The notes beneath the pieces were generated by a model that saw only the letters and a program-made list of their open reading frames with translations, made no database searches and was not told the DNA's origin. Source: Acidimicrobiia bacterium (GTDB lineage Bacteria > Actinomycetota > Acidimicrobiia > Acidimicrobiales > Hopanoidiivorantaceae). From it: a DNA stretch of 53,445 nucleotides. Position numbers and translations under genes: made by a program. Position 1 is the first letter of the stretch; every line of letters begins with the position of its first letter. The stretch is taken from the NCBI GenBank assembly GCA_020027305.1, contig JAHRAM010000008.1, positions 1 through 53,445 of the forward strand, in the 5' to 3' direction. Below, one piece after another: positions 19,633 to 28,236 of the stretch.

Positions 19633-20748
19633 ATGACCACTATGTCGTTTGAAGAGTTTATGGACTTAGCTCTCTATGGAGAAGCTAAAGATTGTGCCGG
19701 GTATTATCAATCGTCAGCAGACCACCGTTCTTCTAGGAGAGGTGATTACATTACCAGTGTAGAAGTCGGGCCGCTTTTTGGTGCAGTGATTGCAAGGGCA
19801 TTAGATATATGGTGGAAAGAATATGGTTGCCCAAACCCGTTTTATGTGTTTGATGCTGGGGCATCGGTTGGCACACTAGCCCGCACGATATTTCATGCCG
19901 AACCAATGTGTAAAGATGCCCTTAAATATGTTTTGGTTGAAAGGTCAAGTGCCTTAATTGAGGCACAAAAAGAATTGTGTGACATCAACCCAAACATCTT
20001 GAGCTTGAAGTCGAGCCCCCCTGATTACATTCCATTTGAAGAGGTAGAAGTTGGGGTGATTATTGCAAACGAACTTTTAGATAACTTGCCAGTAGCGCTA
20101 TTTCAGAAAACCCAAGACGGCTGGCAAGAAATTTCAGTTTCAATGGAAGAAGTCAACGATAATAATAAAGTCAACGATAATAATAATGCGCACAAAAAAG
20201 AAATCGCTTATAAAGAAATTCTCACAAACACTGCTGAAGCAGACACCCAGCTAGCAGACCAGTTTTTACCAAATGCTAGTGTGGGAGATGTCATTCCAAT
20301 CCAAAAGCAAGCAGCTCTTTGGTTGAAAAGCGCCAGTGAGGTTTTGAAACAAGGACGAATCCTAATTTTTGACTATGGCGTAGAAGCCACAGCTGACTTT
20401 GCGGCCCGCCCTAATCGTGATTGGCTAAGAACTTATATCGCTCATAGTAGGGGAGGTTCTATCTATGAAATGGTTAGCGAACAAGACATTACATGTGAAA
20501 TTGCTTTTGACCAGCTCAGTCATTGTGCCGATGCGCTAGAAATGGAAACACAAATTCAAACACAAGAGGAGTTTCTCAAGCAGTGGGGCATTGACGGGCT
20601 AGTTGCAGAGGCAGATTCTATAAAGCCGAGCGACTTAACAAACCTAGAAACAATAGAACTCCATAGCCGAAAAGTTGAAGCCGAAGCATTGCTAGACAAA
20701 TCTGGGCTAGGTTCGCATTTTGTTGCGCAACTCAAAATAGAAAAATAA
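19633..20748 (+). CDS. SAM-dependent methyltransferase of the MidA/NDUFAF7 (COG1565, DUF185) family
   Basis: N-terminal signature FMDLALYG...GYY...RRGDYITSVEVGPLFGAVIA, followed by FYVFDAGASVGTLA (SAM-binding loop), ANELLDNLPV and FDYG. These match my recollection of NDUFAF7/MidA motifs (GDFITSPEIS..FGE, ELGPGRGTL, NEFFDALPV). Confidence 0.75.
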   Translation: MTTMSFEEFMDLALYGEAKDCAGYYQSSADHRSSRRGDYITSVEVGPLFGAVIARALDIWWKEYGCPNPFYVFDAGASVGTLARTIFHAEPMCKDALKYVLVERSSALIEAQKELCDINPNILSLKSSPPDYIPFEEVEVGVIIANELLDNLPVALFQKTQDGWQEISVSMEEVNDNNKVNDNNNAHKKEIAYKEILTNTAEADTQLADQFLPNASVGDVIPIQKQAALWLKSASEVLKQGRILIFDYGVEATADFAARPNRDWLRTYIAHSRGGSIYEMVSEQDITCEIAFDQLSHCADALEMETQIQTQEEFLKQWGIDGLVAEADSIKPSDLTNLETIELHSRKVEAEALLDKSGLGSHFVAQLKIEK

Positions 20749-20845
20749 ATATCAAAACTTACCAAAGAATCCATTGTTGGCAATGAATAATGCCACAGGC
20801 CATCAAATTATAAATGGTTAGCGCTGAAAAGCTAAAGCAGTGAGC

Positions 20846-21829
20846 TTATAATTTAGATCCAGCCCTAACAGCACGGAAAGAAATTCCAAAAATAAATGCA
20901 GCACATATAAAGACCGCCCAGTTTGCGGGGCCAATAATATTAATAGTTGAAGAATCGCGGATACTAGTATATGGCCGAAAATCAGCTGTTAAAAATCTAA
21001 AAATAAAGGCTGAATGAACTGCCATCAGCCCAAAGCTAACAAACATAAATGGCGCAGCGGGCATTTTATTTGAACGATACCCAAAGGCTATGAGCAATAG
21101 TAAGGCAAGAATTATCAAAAGTGTAAGTATTCCAAGAACACGATACTCTTTATCAAATAAATTAGCCGAAACATTATCTAAGAGAATTCCATCAGCATCA
21201 GTTCTGGCAACGTCATAGTCAAGTTTGGCAATACCATAGTCAAATGTCCAGATAGAGCACAACAAAACTACTAGAAGCCCACCGATGCTCAGCATATTGC
21301 GTTTTGGAATTGGAGCGTCATACCCAAATTCCACTATTCTATTTGGCTCACTCATTTTAGATATTTGGAAAAGCAATCCAACTGAGGCACCCAAGACCAA
21401 CCAGATACCAACTGCCTCATCAAGGCGTGAGATAGTGTTATTGAAAATAGCAGCTAATACGGTAATGACCCCTGCCAATCCAATTGTTGTGATATAGAGA
21501 TTTCTTGGAATGCCGAAGGGCTTTTTAAGCAACCCCCCAAAGGTCAATATCCCCAGGATGAACATTATAATACCATAGCCAAATCCAAGTATGCCAAGAG
21601 ATGAAGCATCAGCAAATGAAGGAGTGTTAGGGCCACCTTCTTCAAAATGGAACCATGGAAGTAATGTTCCAGCAATTATTTGCCCGCCTAAAATAAATAT
21701 GGTAGCCAAGAACCACCATTCGGGCCAATACATTTGTTTTGGGTTTATTAGCTTAAGGAAAGATAATTTTTTGGAAGACGAATTGTCAGAAGACGAATCA
21801 CTAGATTTTTCTGTAGTTTCTGCTGTCAT
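20846..21829 (-). CDS. Polytopic membrane protein of unknown function (paralog A)
   Basis: Ser-rich N-terminus followed by about 8 hydrophobic segments. It shares long identical blocks with the next ORF (GFGYGIIMFILG, KPFGIPRNLY, MPAAPF, ANWAVFICAA...RAG). Confidence 0.75.
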   Translation of the reverse strand: MTAETTEKSSDSSSDNSSSKKLSFLKLINPKQMYWPEWWFLATIFILGGQIIAGTLLPWFHFEEGGPNTPSFADASSLGILGFGYGIIMFILGILTFGGLLKKPFGIPRNLYITTIGLAGVITVLAAIFNNTISRLDEAVGIWLVLGASVGLLFQISKMSEPNRIVEFGYDAPIPKRNMLSIGGLLVVLLCSIWTFDYGIAKLDYDVARTDADGILLDNVSANLFDKEYRVLGILTLLIILALLLLIAFGYRSNKMPAAPFMFVSFGLMAVHSAFIFRFLTADFRPYTSIRDSSTINIIGPANWAVFICAAFIFGISFRAVRAGSKL

Positions 21830-21911
21830 AATAATTTTCTATTCTTTTGTTTTCTTTGGTTGTGCTTATATTGCTGAAGTTCTACTTTGAAGCAAAGATT
21901 ATCAATCTAAA

Positions 21912-23069
21912 TTAAGATTTAGCCCCAGCCCTCACAGAGTGAACGGAGATAGCAAAAATAATTGCAGCACATATAAAGATAACCCAGTTTGCGGCCTCTG
22001 CCCCTGGAGAGCTCAAAGGCACAGTAGACGCAGCCTGGGGCGTCAATATTCTAAATATGAATGGTGTATGTAATGTCATTAGCCCAAGGCTAAATAGTAA
22101 GAAGGGGGCAGCTGGCATTTCTTTTTTTTGTTTTGAATTTATATTTAAAACTCTTCCAGCAACCACTAAAGCAAATAAGGCGGCAATCAGCAACACAGTA
22201 AGTATTCCAAGCACTCGGTATTCTGGACTAAAAAGTTTTATGCCTTTGGTCAGGTCAAATAGACTGTCTGGGTTAAGGTTGCTTAAAGCACTAGTAGGAT
22301 TTGATTCGTCAGCTTGGATGAGTTGCGATAAGCTCTCAAGTGGTATTTTTGATGCATAGTTAAATGATAAAGTAGCAACAAGGGCAATTATTAGTAACCC
22401 ACCAATATTTAACATATTGCATTTTGATATCTTTGAGTTGAACCCAAAAGTTGCTTTTTCTTTGGAATTTATTATCCTAAAACCTTGCCCCGCAATTAAA
22501 GATGTGCCAGCTAGGGCTATGTAGAGTCCGTAGCTTTCTTTGAAATCTAAAAGCGTATTATCAAAGATAGCCGCTAAAACAATTGCTACTCCTGCGAAAC
22601 CGATAGTAGAAACATAGAGCTTCTTTGGGATGCCAAAGGGTTTGTCAAACAATCCAGCAAACAACAACACACCCAAAATAAACATTATTATTCCATACCC
22701 AAATCCAAATCGCCCAACACCTACGGCTTCTGCAATACTACGGCTAGGAGTAGCAAAAAGTGAGTCAAGGAAACGAGCTAAAAGACCCAATGATTCTGCG
22801 CGATCAGGGTCGCTTTCTGACAAGACGGTTTCAAGTAGTGATGTAAAAAAAGATTTTGTTTGTCGAAACCATGGGAGCAGCGAGCCACCAATCATAAGCA
22901 ATCCACCAATAGGGATGAGAATATATAGATACCAGTCACGCCCCCCTGTTTGCATTAGTTTGAGGAGAGCTGATGCTTCTGGTTTTTTTGAAGATGAAAC
23001 GTTTGAAGTCGAGTCAGTAGATGGCTTTGATTTACTGTCTGTCACATCTTCTGTAGCATCTGATGACAT
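21912..23069 (-). CDS. Polytopic membrane protein of unknown function (paralog B)
   Basis: Same architecture and motifs as 20846-21829, with extra loop insertions. GGAGGG lies upstream of the ATG. Confidence 0.75.
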   Translation of the reverse strand: MSSDATEDVTDSKSKPSTDSTSNVSSSKKPEASALLKLMQTGGRDWYLYILIPIGGLLMIGGSLLPWFRQTKSFFTSLLETVLSESDPDRAESLGLLARFLDSLFATPSRSIAEAVGVGRFGFGYGIIMFILGVLLFAGLFDKPFGIPKKLYVSTIGFAGVAIVLAAIFDNTLLDFKESYGLYIALAGTSLIAGQGFRIINSKEKATFGFNSKISKCNMLNIGGLLIIALVATLSFNYASKIPLESLSQLIQADESNPTSALSNLNPDSLFDLTKGIKLFSPEYRVLGILTVLLIAALFALVVAGRVLNINSKQKKEMPAAPFLLFSLGLMTLHTPFIFRILTPQAASTVPLSSPGAEAANWVIFICAAIIFAISVHSVRAGAKS

Positions 23070-23292
23070 TGTGTTTCCCTCCTCTAGTTCAGCTTAGGGC
23101 AAGCTTCCATTATTAAGCAAAATTGCTATTAATAAATTAGTAAAACTGCCAACCTATAATTAAGAATAGTATTTTTTGATTACCAACTGGTATTTTACTT
23201 GTTTCAAAACATATACTTATCTTCCCCTCAGTGCCAACAAAACATTATAATTAGCACGAATACTCTACAGATTACAAAGCCAAGATTAAGAT

Positions 23293-23496
23293 GTGCCACG
23301 AGTCCTAGTTCAGGAAGGGCGGTTTATACTCGATTTGGTTATAGAGACAACTACTTTTGGGCAAGAAGAATTGGCCTCTATTGGGGCTGGTAGCACTCTA
23401 GCGGGTGGCTCAATAATTAGGTCAGACGATTTCCAATATAGCTGGAACAACCAACGTGCAGATGTTCCTTGGTCTATTCCTCTTTTATTGCCATAG
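23293..23496 (+). CDS. Hypothetical small ORF, or gene remnant, in an otherwise non-coding 450-nt gap
   Basis: Only ORF-track support, plus gene-like composition relative to the AT-rich flanks. No RBS or recognisable motif. Confidence 0.2.
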   Translation: MPRVLVQEGRFILDLVIETTTFGQEELASIGAGSTLAGGSIIRSDDFQYSWNNQRADVPWSIPLLLP

Positions 23497-23522
23497 ACTG
23501 CTGTTTCTGTGATTCCTGTTGC

Positions 23523-24518
23523 TTAAATTGATCTATCTTTGAAAGTATTGCGTTCCCAGAAGACGCTATCGTCATATCCTTGAATGGTCTTATTTGTCTC
23601 TGCCATTTCAAGACGTTTTTCTGCCAAACAGGCATACTCTTCATCTATTTCAATACCCACATAGCTTCGCCCAAGCTTTTTTGCCACAACTGATGTAGTG
23701 CCAGAGCCAAGGAATGGGTCAAAGATAATATCATTTGGTTTTGAGCTGGCAAGCAGGATTTTTGCAACAAGCTTTTCAGGTTTTTGTGTTGGGTGGTCTG
23801 TGTTTTCAGGCATAGACCAAAAAGGAATTGTTATGTCAGTCCAGAGGTTTGAAGGGTGGGTTAGCCGATATTTTTCGTTTGCTTCCTCTTTCCAATCTTT
23901 TGCCTTACCAGAGTTATCGCGATAGGGAGCAATCACCTTTCTCTTCATCTTTACCTCATCAACATCAAAGTGGTATTCCTTAGACATTGTGCAGAACCAA
24001 ATATCTTCAGAGCTATTTTTCCAATTTGTTTTTGATCCCCGCCCTTTTTCTCTTTCAAATGTGATACGATTTTGAACCTCAAAATATTTTTGGGCGACAT
24101 TAAAGACTGCCCCTGATGACTTCCAGTCGCCACAAATATAAATTGAAGCTGTCGGTTTTAGCAGGCGAACTATTTGACTAACCCAAGAATCAAGCCACTT
24201 TTCATATTTTTCAGATTCCATCTCCTTAAAAGTGGTGAGGTTAAAAGTTTTACTGAGATTATAAGGAGGGTCGACAAAAACCAAGTCAATAAATTTGTCT
24301 GGCAGATAATCTAAAACCTCAAAAACATCTTGGTGAATTGTTTTATTTAAGATGTCGTTTGTAGAAATTGCTTTATTTGTTTTGGGATGTGTTTTGGATT
24401 TTATCTTCAGGAGACGTTTTTTATAGCGCTGCCTCTCACTTTCACACAGGCTAATAGTGCGATTGTTTGGCGCACGATTTTTTAAAGAGACACGACTTCT
24501 TCGCAAAACCTTATTCAT
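23523..24518 (-). CDS. Site-specific DNA methyltransferase, beta class (N6-adenine or N4-cytosine; DPPY type)
   Basis: Motif IV (VFVDPPYNL) lies N-terminal to motif I (IIFDPFLGSGTTSVVAKKLGRSYVGIEID). HPTQKPEKL is also present. The start is trimmed to the ATG at 24518 (24545 is also possible) because the track start at 24596 overlaps tRNA-Ala. Confidence 0.85.
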   Translation of the reverse strand: MNKVLRRSRVSLKNRAPNNRTISLCESERQRYKKRLLKIKSKTHPKTNKAISTNDILNKTIHQDVFEVLDYLPDKFIDLVFVDPPYNLSKTFNLTTFKEMESEKYEKWLDSWVSQIVRLLKPTASIYICGDWKSSGAVFNVAQKYFEVQNRITFEREKGRGSKTNWKNSSEDIWFCTMSKEYHFDVDEVKMKRKVIAPYRDNSGKAKDWKEEANEKYRLTHPSNLWTDITIPFWSMPENTDHPTQKPEKLVAKILLASSKPNDIIFDPFLGSGTTSVVAKKLGRSYVGIEIDEEYACLAEKRLEMAETNKTIQGYDDSVFWERNTFKDRSI

Positions 24519-24568
24519 ATAACAAATATTAGGCTTAACAAGCATTAGATTAGTGTCAAATCTTAGAC

Positions 24569-24645
24569 TGGTGGAGCTGATGGGACTCGAACCCACGACC
24601 CCCTGCTTGCAAAGCAGGTGCTCTAGCCAACTGAGCTACAGCCCC
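24569..24645 (-). tRNA. tRNA-Ala (anticodon UGC), CCA encoded
   Basis: The reverse complement reads GGGGCTGTAGCTCAGTTGGCTAGAGCACCTGCTTTGCAAGCAGGGGGTCGTGGGTTCGAGTCCCATCAGCTCCACCA. It folds as a cloverleaf with the G3:U70 identity pair and a TGC anticodon. Confidence 0.95.
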
Positions 24646-24806
24646 ATTTTGGTTTCTGTTAAAACTTTTGCACTAAAATAATATCTTTTTGCTATTCATT
24701 TAGCTTTAAAATGTTTAAGCAGACATATTTATTCTATCTATTATTATTTACCATCTAAGAGAATTAAAAACCATAGAGAATCAATAAATCGTGGAAAACT
24801 AAAAAG

Positions 24807-26093
24807 ATGCTTGACATTCGCCTTATAAGAAAAGAACCAGAGATGGTGAGTCAAGCCCTTGTTACCCGTGGCGAAAATCCCGACCTAATTAAAGAGGTGC
24901 TACGTTTGGATGAAAAATATCGTGGGCTAGAGTCAGAAAGCGAGAAATTGCGTGCAGATGTGAAGCGACTTTCAAAAGAGTTTGCCAAGACAAAAGATGA
25001 GGCGATAGCTAAAAAATCAAAGGCATTAGGCGAAAAAGAAACTCAATTAGAAGCAGAAGCCACCGCCGCCAAGAAAGCCAGAGATGATTTGTTGCTTGCT
25101 ACTCCTAATATTCCTAGTTCAGATTGCCCAGCAGGTGAGTCTCATGAAGAAAACGCTAAAGCAGAAGGGTTAGATTTAGAAATAGAGCCACTTGAATTTA
25201 ACAAAAACAAATTTGCGCCACATCAGCAAGTGCCACATTTTGAGTTTGCCGAAGAAATGGGCATTTTAGATATGAAGCGGGCAGTGAAAATCGCAGGGCC
25301 GATGTTTGGAATGTTTCGGGCAGAGGGCGCTAAGTTAGCAAATGCACTTATTCAATATGGACTGGCATATAATCGTGACCTCTATGAAGAAATCCGCCCA
25401 CCTAGTTTGGTGAAAACTGAAACACTAACCGCTACTGGGCATCTGCCTAAGTTTGCCGAAGATGCCTATAGTCTTGAAGATGGAAAACTCTGGGCAATCC
25501 CCACGGGTGAAGTTCCACTCACATATTTAATGGCAGATGAAATTATTGAAGTTGAAAAATTGCCGATGCGCCTTATGGCATATACGCCGTGCTACAGAAG
25601 AGAGGCTGGTTCAGCTGGACAACAAACCAGAGGAATGTTACGGGTTCATGAGTTTGACAAGGTTGAGATTCTGGCGTACGTTGCCCCCGAACAAGCCCAA
25701 GAACTTCACATGGAATTGCTCAACCGAGCAGCAGGGCTTGTTCATTCCCTTGGGCTTACACATCGCATTACAGACATTTGCACGGGCGACTTAGGGAATT
25801 CTTCTGCCAGAACTTTTGATGTGGAGGTCTATGCTCCAGGTGAAGACCGTTGGTTAGAGTGTTCATCGGTTTCTTGGTTTACTGATTATCAAGCTCGCCG
25901 AGCAAACATCCGATATAAAAACCCTGAAACTAAGAAGACCGAGTTCATTCACACTCTAAATGGGTCAGCAGTGGCAGTTCCCAGAGTTTGGACTGCCCTA
26001 GTTGAAACCCACAGACAAGCCGATGGTTCAATCCAAATTCCAGAACCTCTCCAAAAATATATGGATAGCGAAACTCACATAAAGCCTCTCTAG
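24807..26093 (+). CDS. serS: Seryl-tRNA synthetase
   Basis: N-terminal MLDIRLIR followed by a coiled-coil arm. Class II core motifs are present (YTPCYRREAGSAG, RVHEFDKVE, TLNGSAVAVPR). Confidence 0.93.
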   Translation: MLDIRLIRKEPEMVSQALVTRGENPDLIKEVLRLDEKYRGLESESEKLRADVKRLSKEFAKTKDEAIAKKSKALGEKETQLEAEATAAKKARDDLLLATPNIPSSDCPAGESHEENAKAEGLDLEIEPLEFNKNKFAPHQQVPHFEFAEEMGILDMKRAVKIAGPMFGMFRAEGAKLANALIQYGLAYNRDLYEEIRPPSLVKTETLTATGHLPKFAEDAYSLEDGKLWAIPTGEVPLTYLMADEIIEVEKLPMRLMAYTPCYRREAGSAGQQTRGMLRVHEFDKVEILAYVAPEQAQELHMELLNRAAGLVHSLGLTHRITDICTGDLGNSSARTFDVEVYAPGEDRWLECSSVSWFTDYQARRANIRYKNPETKKTEFIHTLNGSAVAVPRVWTALVETHRQADGSIQIPEPLQKYMDSETHIKPL

Positions 26094-26183
26094 CTATTTT
26101 GAAATCGAAAGCAAATCCATTTTTTATGATTCAAGTGCTTGTTAGGAAATGCAATTTATAGCTAGTAAACTGGCTAAGTAATA

Positions 26184-27386
26184 ATGATAAAGCGGGGCTT
26201 TAAATTTTTGGTTGGGATAACTCTGCTAATGTCTTTAGCACTTACCTCTTGTAATCATATTGTTAATAGTGCGATAGGTGAAGCCAATATACAAATATCA
26301 GCGGGAAGTTTTATTGACAGTGGATGTGTGATTAATACCAATGCTGATTTATTATGTTGGGCAGACGGAAACTTGGAAAAAGTTTTTATGGGGGCCGGGC
26401 AAGTCTTACCAGCGAGCAACCTTCAAAATGGTTGTGTGCTTACTACTGACGATAATTTATGGTGTTGGGATGAAGGCGAGCCTGCTAAAGAAGTCATAAA
26501 AAACATCCAACAAGTTTGGACAGGAAGCCATGCTAGAGGAGGTTGTGCAATAAGTTTGAGTGATGATTTATGGTGTTGGATGGGGCGAACATCTTCCAAT
26601 GCTCGCCCAGAAAAAATTCTTGATGATGTAAAACGAGTTATGGTGCTAAGCGCATGCGCGACGAATGCAGATAATCAATTATGGTGTTGGCGAGATGGTC
26701 AAAGCCCTTCAAAGCAAGTTTCCGCACTGAGCAATATTGAAGAAGGGTGTGCAGTTAATTTAACAGATAGCTTGTTGTGTTGGTATGGGAACAATCCTCC
26801 TAAAGAACGTCTTAGCGATGTAGAAATGAGTTTGCTGGGTAGCAACATCAATGAAGGTTGTGCGATAAAACTAGATGGTGTGCTGTGGTGCTGGAGTTAT
26901 GGCGAGTTCCCAGAGTTAATTCTTCAAAATGTAAAACAAATTTCATCTCTGAGCCATGCAAGAAATGGCTGTGCTCTCAATGAAAACGATGAATTATTAT
27001 GTTGGGGAAACGATGAAGGTCCAAAAGAAATCATCCAAAACATTAGCCAAGTTTTACCTGAAAGTGATTTAATAGATGGTTGTGTGCTTAACAAAAATGA
27101 TGAAGTGTGGTGTTGGGATAACAGCAGCCCGCCAGAAATGGTTTTTGATGGAGTAAAAGAAATTTCATCTGTAAGCACAGCTAGAAATGGATGTGTCCTT
27201 GATAAAGGCGATATTTTGTGGTGCTGGAAAGGTAGTGTTTCTCCAGAGCCAATTCTTAAAGATACAAAACAAGTTTCGCTTTTCAGTGATGTGGATGACG
27301 GATGCGCTGTAAGCAAAAAGGATGAGTTATGGTGCTGGGGTGGACACGACAACCGTAGCCCTGAGCGGATTTCTATAGATGCATAA
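26184..27386 (+). CDS. Lipoprotein with ten Cys-rich 37-residue repeats (GC[AV]x5-6[LW]CW; RCC1-like flavour)
   Basis: Lipobox LALTSC. There are ten repeats, each with two Cys. The spacing between successive CW dipeptides is 36, 37, 37, 31, 37, 37, 37, 37 and 37 residues. Confidence 0.8.
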   Translation: MIKRGFKFLVGITLLMSLALTSCNHIVNSAIGEANIQISAGSFIDSGCVINTNADLLCWADGNLEKVFMGAGQVLPASNLQNGCVLTTDDNLWCWDEGEPAKEVIKNIQQVWTGSHARGGCAISLSDDLWCWMGRTSSNARPEKILDDVKRVMVLSACATNADNQLWCWRDGQSPSKQVSALSNIEEGCAVNLTDSLLCWYGNNPPKERLSDVEMSLLGSNINEGCAIKLDGVLWCWSYGEFPELILQNVKQISSLSHARNGCALNENDELLCWGNDEGPKEIIQNISQVLPESDLIDGCVLNKNDEVWCWDNSSPPEMVFDGVKEISSVSTARNGCVLDKGDILWCWKGSVSPEPILKDTKQVSLFSDVDDGCAVSKKDELWCWGGHDNRSPERISIDA

Positions 27387-27502
27387 TCTTTATTAAATTA
27401 GAAGTAATTGTTGAATATCTTTGTTACTTGGGGCGAATAAAAAATGAAGATGAAGAAGTTTACAAAGTTGCTTTTTGGAACTCTTGTTGGGTTGGGGATG
27501 CG

Positions 27503-27832
27503 CTAAATCAAAAGTCCGAGCCAAGCTGCGGCCACGCCTGCTGTTAGTGATGTTGCTACATAAAAAATTGCAGTTCCAATTCGTTTGCCTCTAGAAAGTT
27601 GTACGGCTTCTTGGCTCAGTGTAGAAAAAGTCGTCATTGAGCCGAGTGCGCCGATTCCAAATAAAATCACTATGTCAGAGCTATCGTTTGCGATAAGGCC
27701 CAGCAGAAACGACCCCATAATATTGATTAGCAGTGTGCCATAGGCAAACTTTTCTCTGTTGAGGTGGTGGGAAACAACAACACGGGCAATACTCCCAAGA
27801 GCAGCCAGTGCTAGAAATCCAAAAACAATCAT
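27503..27832 (-). CDS. crcB: Fluoride ion channel CrcB/FluC (second subunit)
   Basis: 109-aa, four-TM protein with GTLLINIMGSFLLG and GSMTTFSTLSQE. It overlaps the upstream crcB by 4 nt. Confidence 0.88.
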   Translation of the reverse strand: MIVFGFLALAALGSIARVVVSHHLNREKFAYGTLLINIMGSFLLGLIANDSSDIVILFGIGALGSMTTFSTLSQEAVQLSRGKRIGTAIFYVATSLTAGVAAAWLGLLI

Positions 27833-28236
27833 TTAGCACTGCCCTCTGTGTTTTCCAAATGACTTCTTCGCCGAACGATGTAGCCCCACCAAGCAGCTAT
27901 CAAGCCCAAAATAATTGACAGCAATCCGTATGAGATGCCGATGAAAATTTCACCGTTCCTTAATCGTTCGGCAATCTCAAGGGCAAACACAGAAAAAGTG
28001 GTGAGCGACCCACAGAATCCAGATGCCGCTGCTGTTAAAATCTCTTTTTGAAAGTGGGTTTTTTCCGCTAGTAACTCTGCCACCAAGCAACCCAAAATGG
28101 CGCTTCCTAAGACATTGAGTGCAAACACTGCCCATGGAAATCCACTATTTCCTAAATGCGAAACGATAATCCAGCGGATGCCAGCCCCCAGCACTCCGCC
28201 AACTGAAATGCTAAGAAGGGTAGAGGGCCTAAGCAT
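27829..28236 (-). CDS. crcB: Fluoride ion channel CrcB/FluC (first subunit)
   Basis: GGVLGAGIRW, NVLGSAILG, GSLTTFSVFALE. This is the tandem-pair arrangement typical of heterodimeric Fluc. Confidence 0.88.
   Translation of the reverse strand: MLRPSTLLSISVGGVLGAGIRWIIVSHLGNSGFPWAVFALNVLGSAILGCLVAELLAEKTHFQKEILTAAASGFCGSLTTFSVFALEIAERLRNGEIFIGISYGLLSIILGLIAAWWGYIVRRRSHLENTEGSAK

Noticed and set aside
24519-24596. The track start of the methyltransferase ORF at 24596.
   Set aside because: This N-terminal extension (MGSSPISSTSLRF…) is the reverse-strand reading of tRNA-Ala (24569-24645). An internal ATG (24518 or 24545) is the plausible start.
20800-24645. Genomic island integrated at tRNA-Ala.
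   Set aside because: There is no integrase or recombinase. I found no direct repeat of the tRNA 3' end by eye within the next 5 kb, and only a modest drop in GC over the methyltransferase gene. It is kept only as a weak alternative in a finding.
24646-24806. T-box or other leader upstream of serS.
   Set aside because: The region is only about 160 nt of AT-rich sequence. It has no specifier-loop or T-box (AATTAGGGTGGTACCGCG-like) sequence and no terminator/antiterminator pair.
27444-27506. A 20-codon mini-ORF (MKMKKFTKLLFGTLVGLGMR) resembling a truncated signal peptide, between the repeat lipoprotein gene and crcB.
   Set aside because: It is too short and has no RBS. Its stop overlaps the convergent crcB stop. 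It could be a remnant of a lipoprotein gene, but nothing supports expression.
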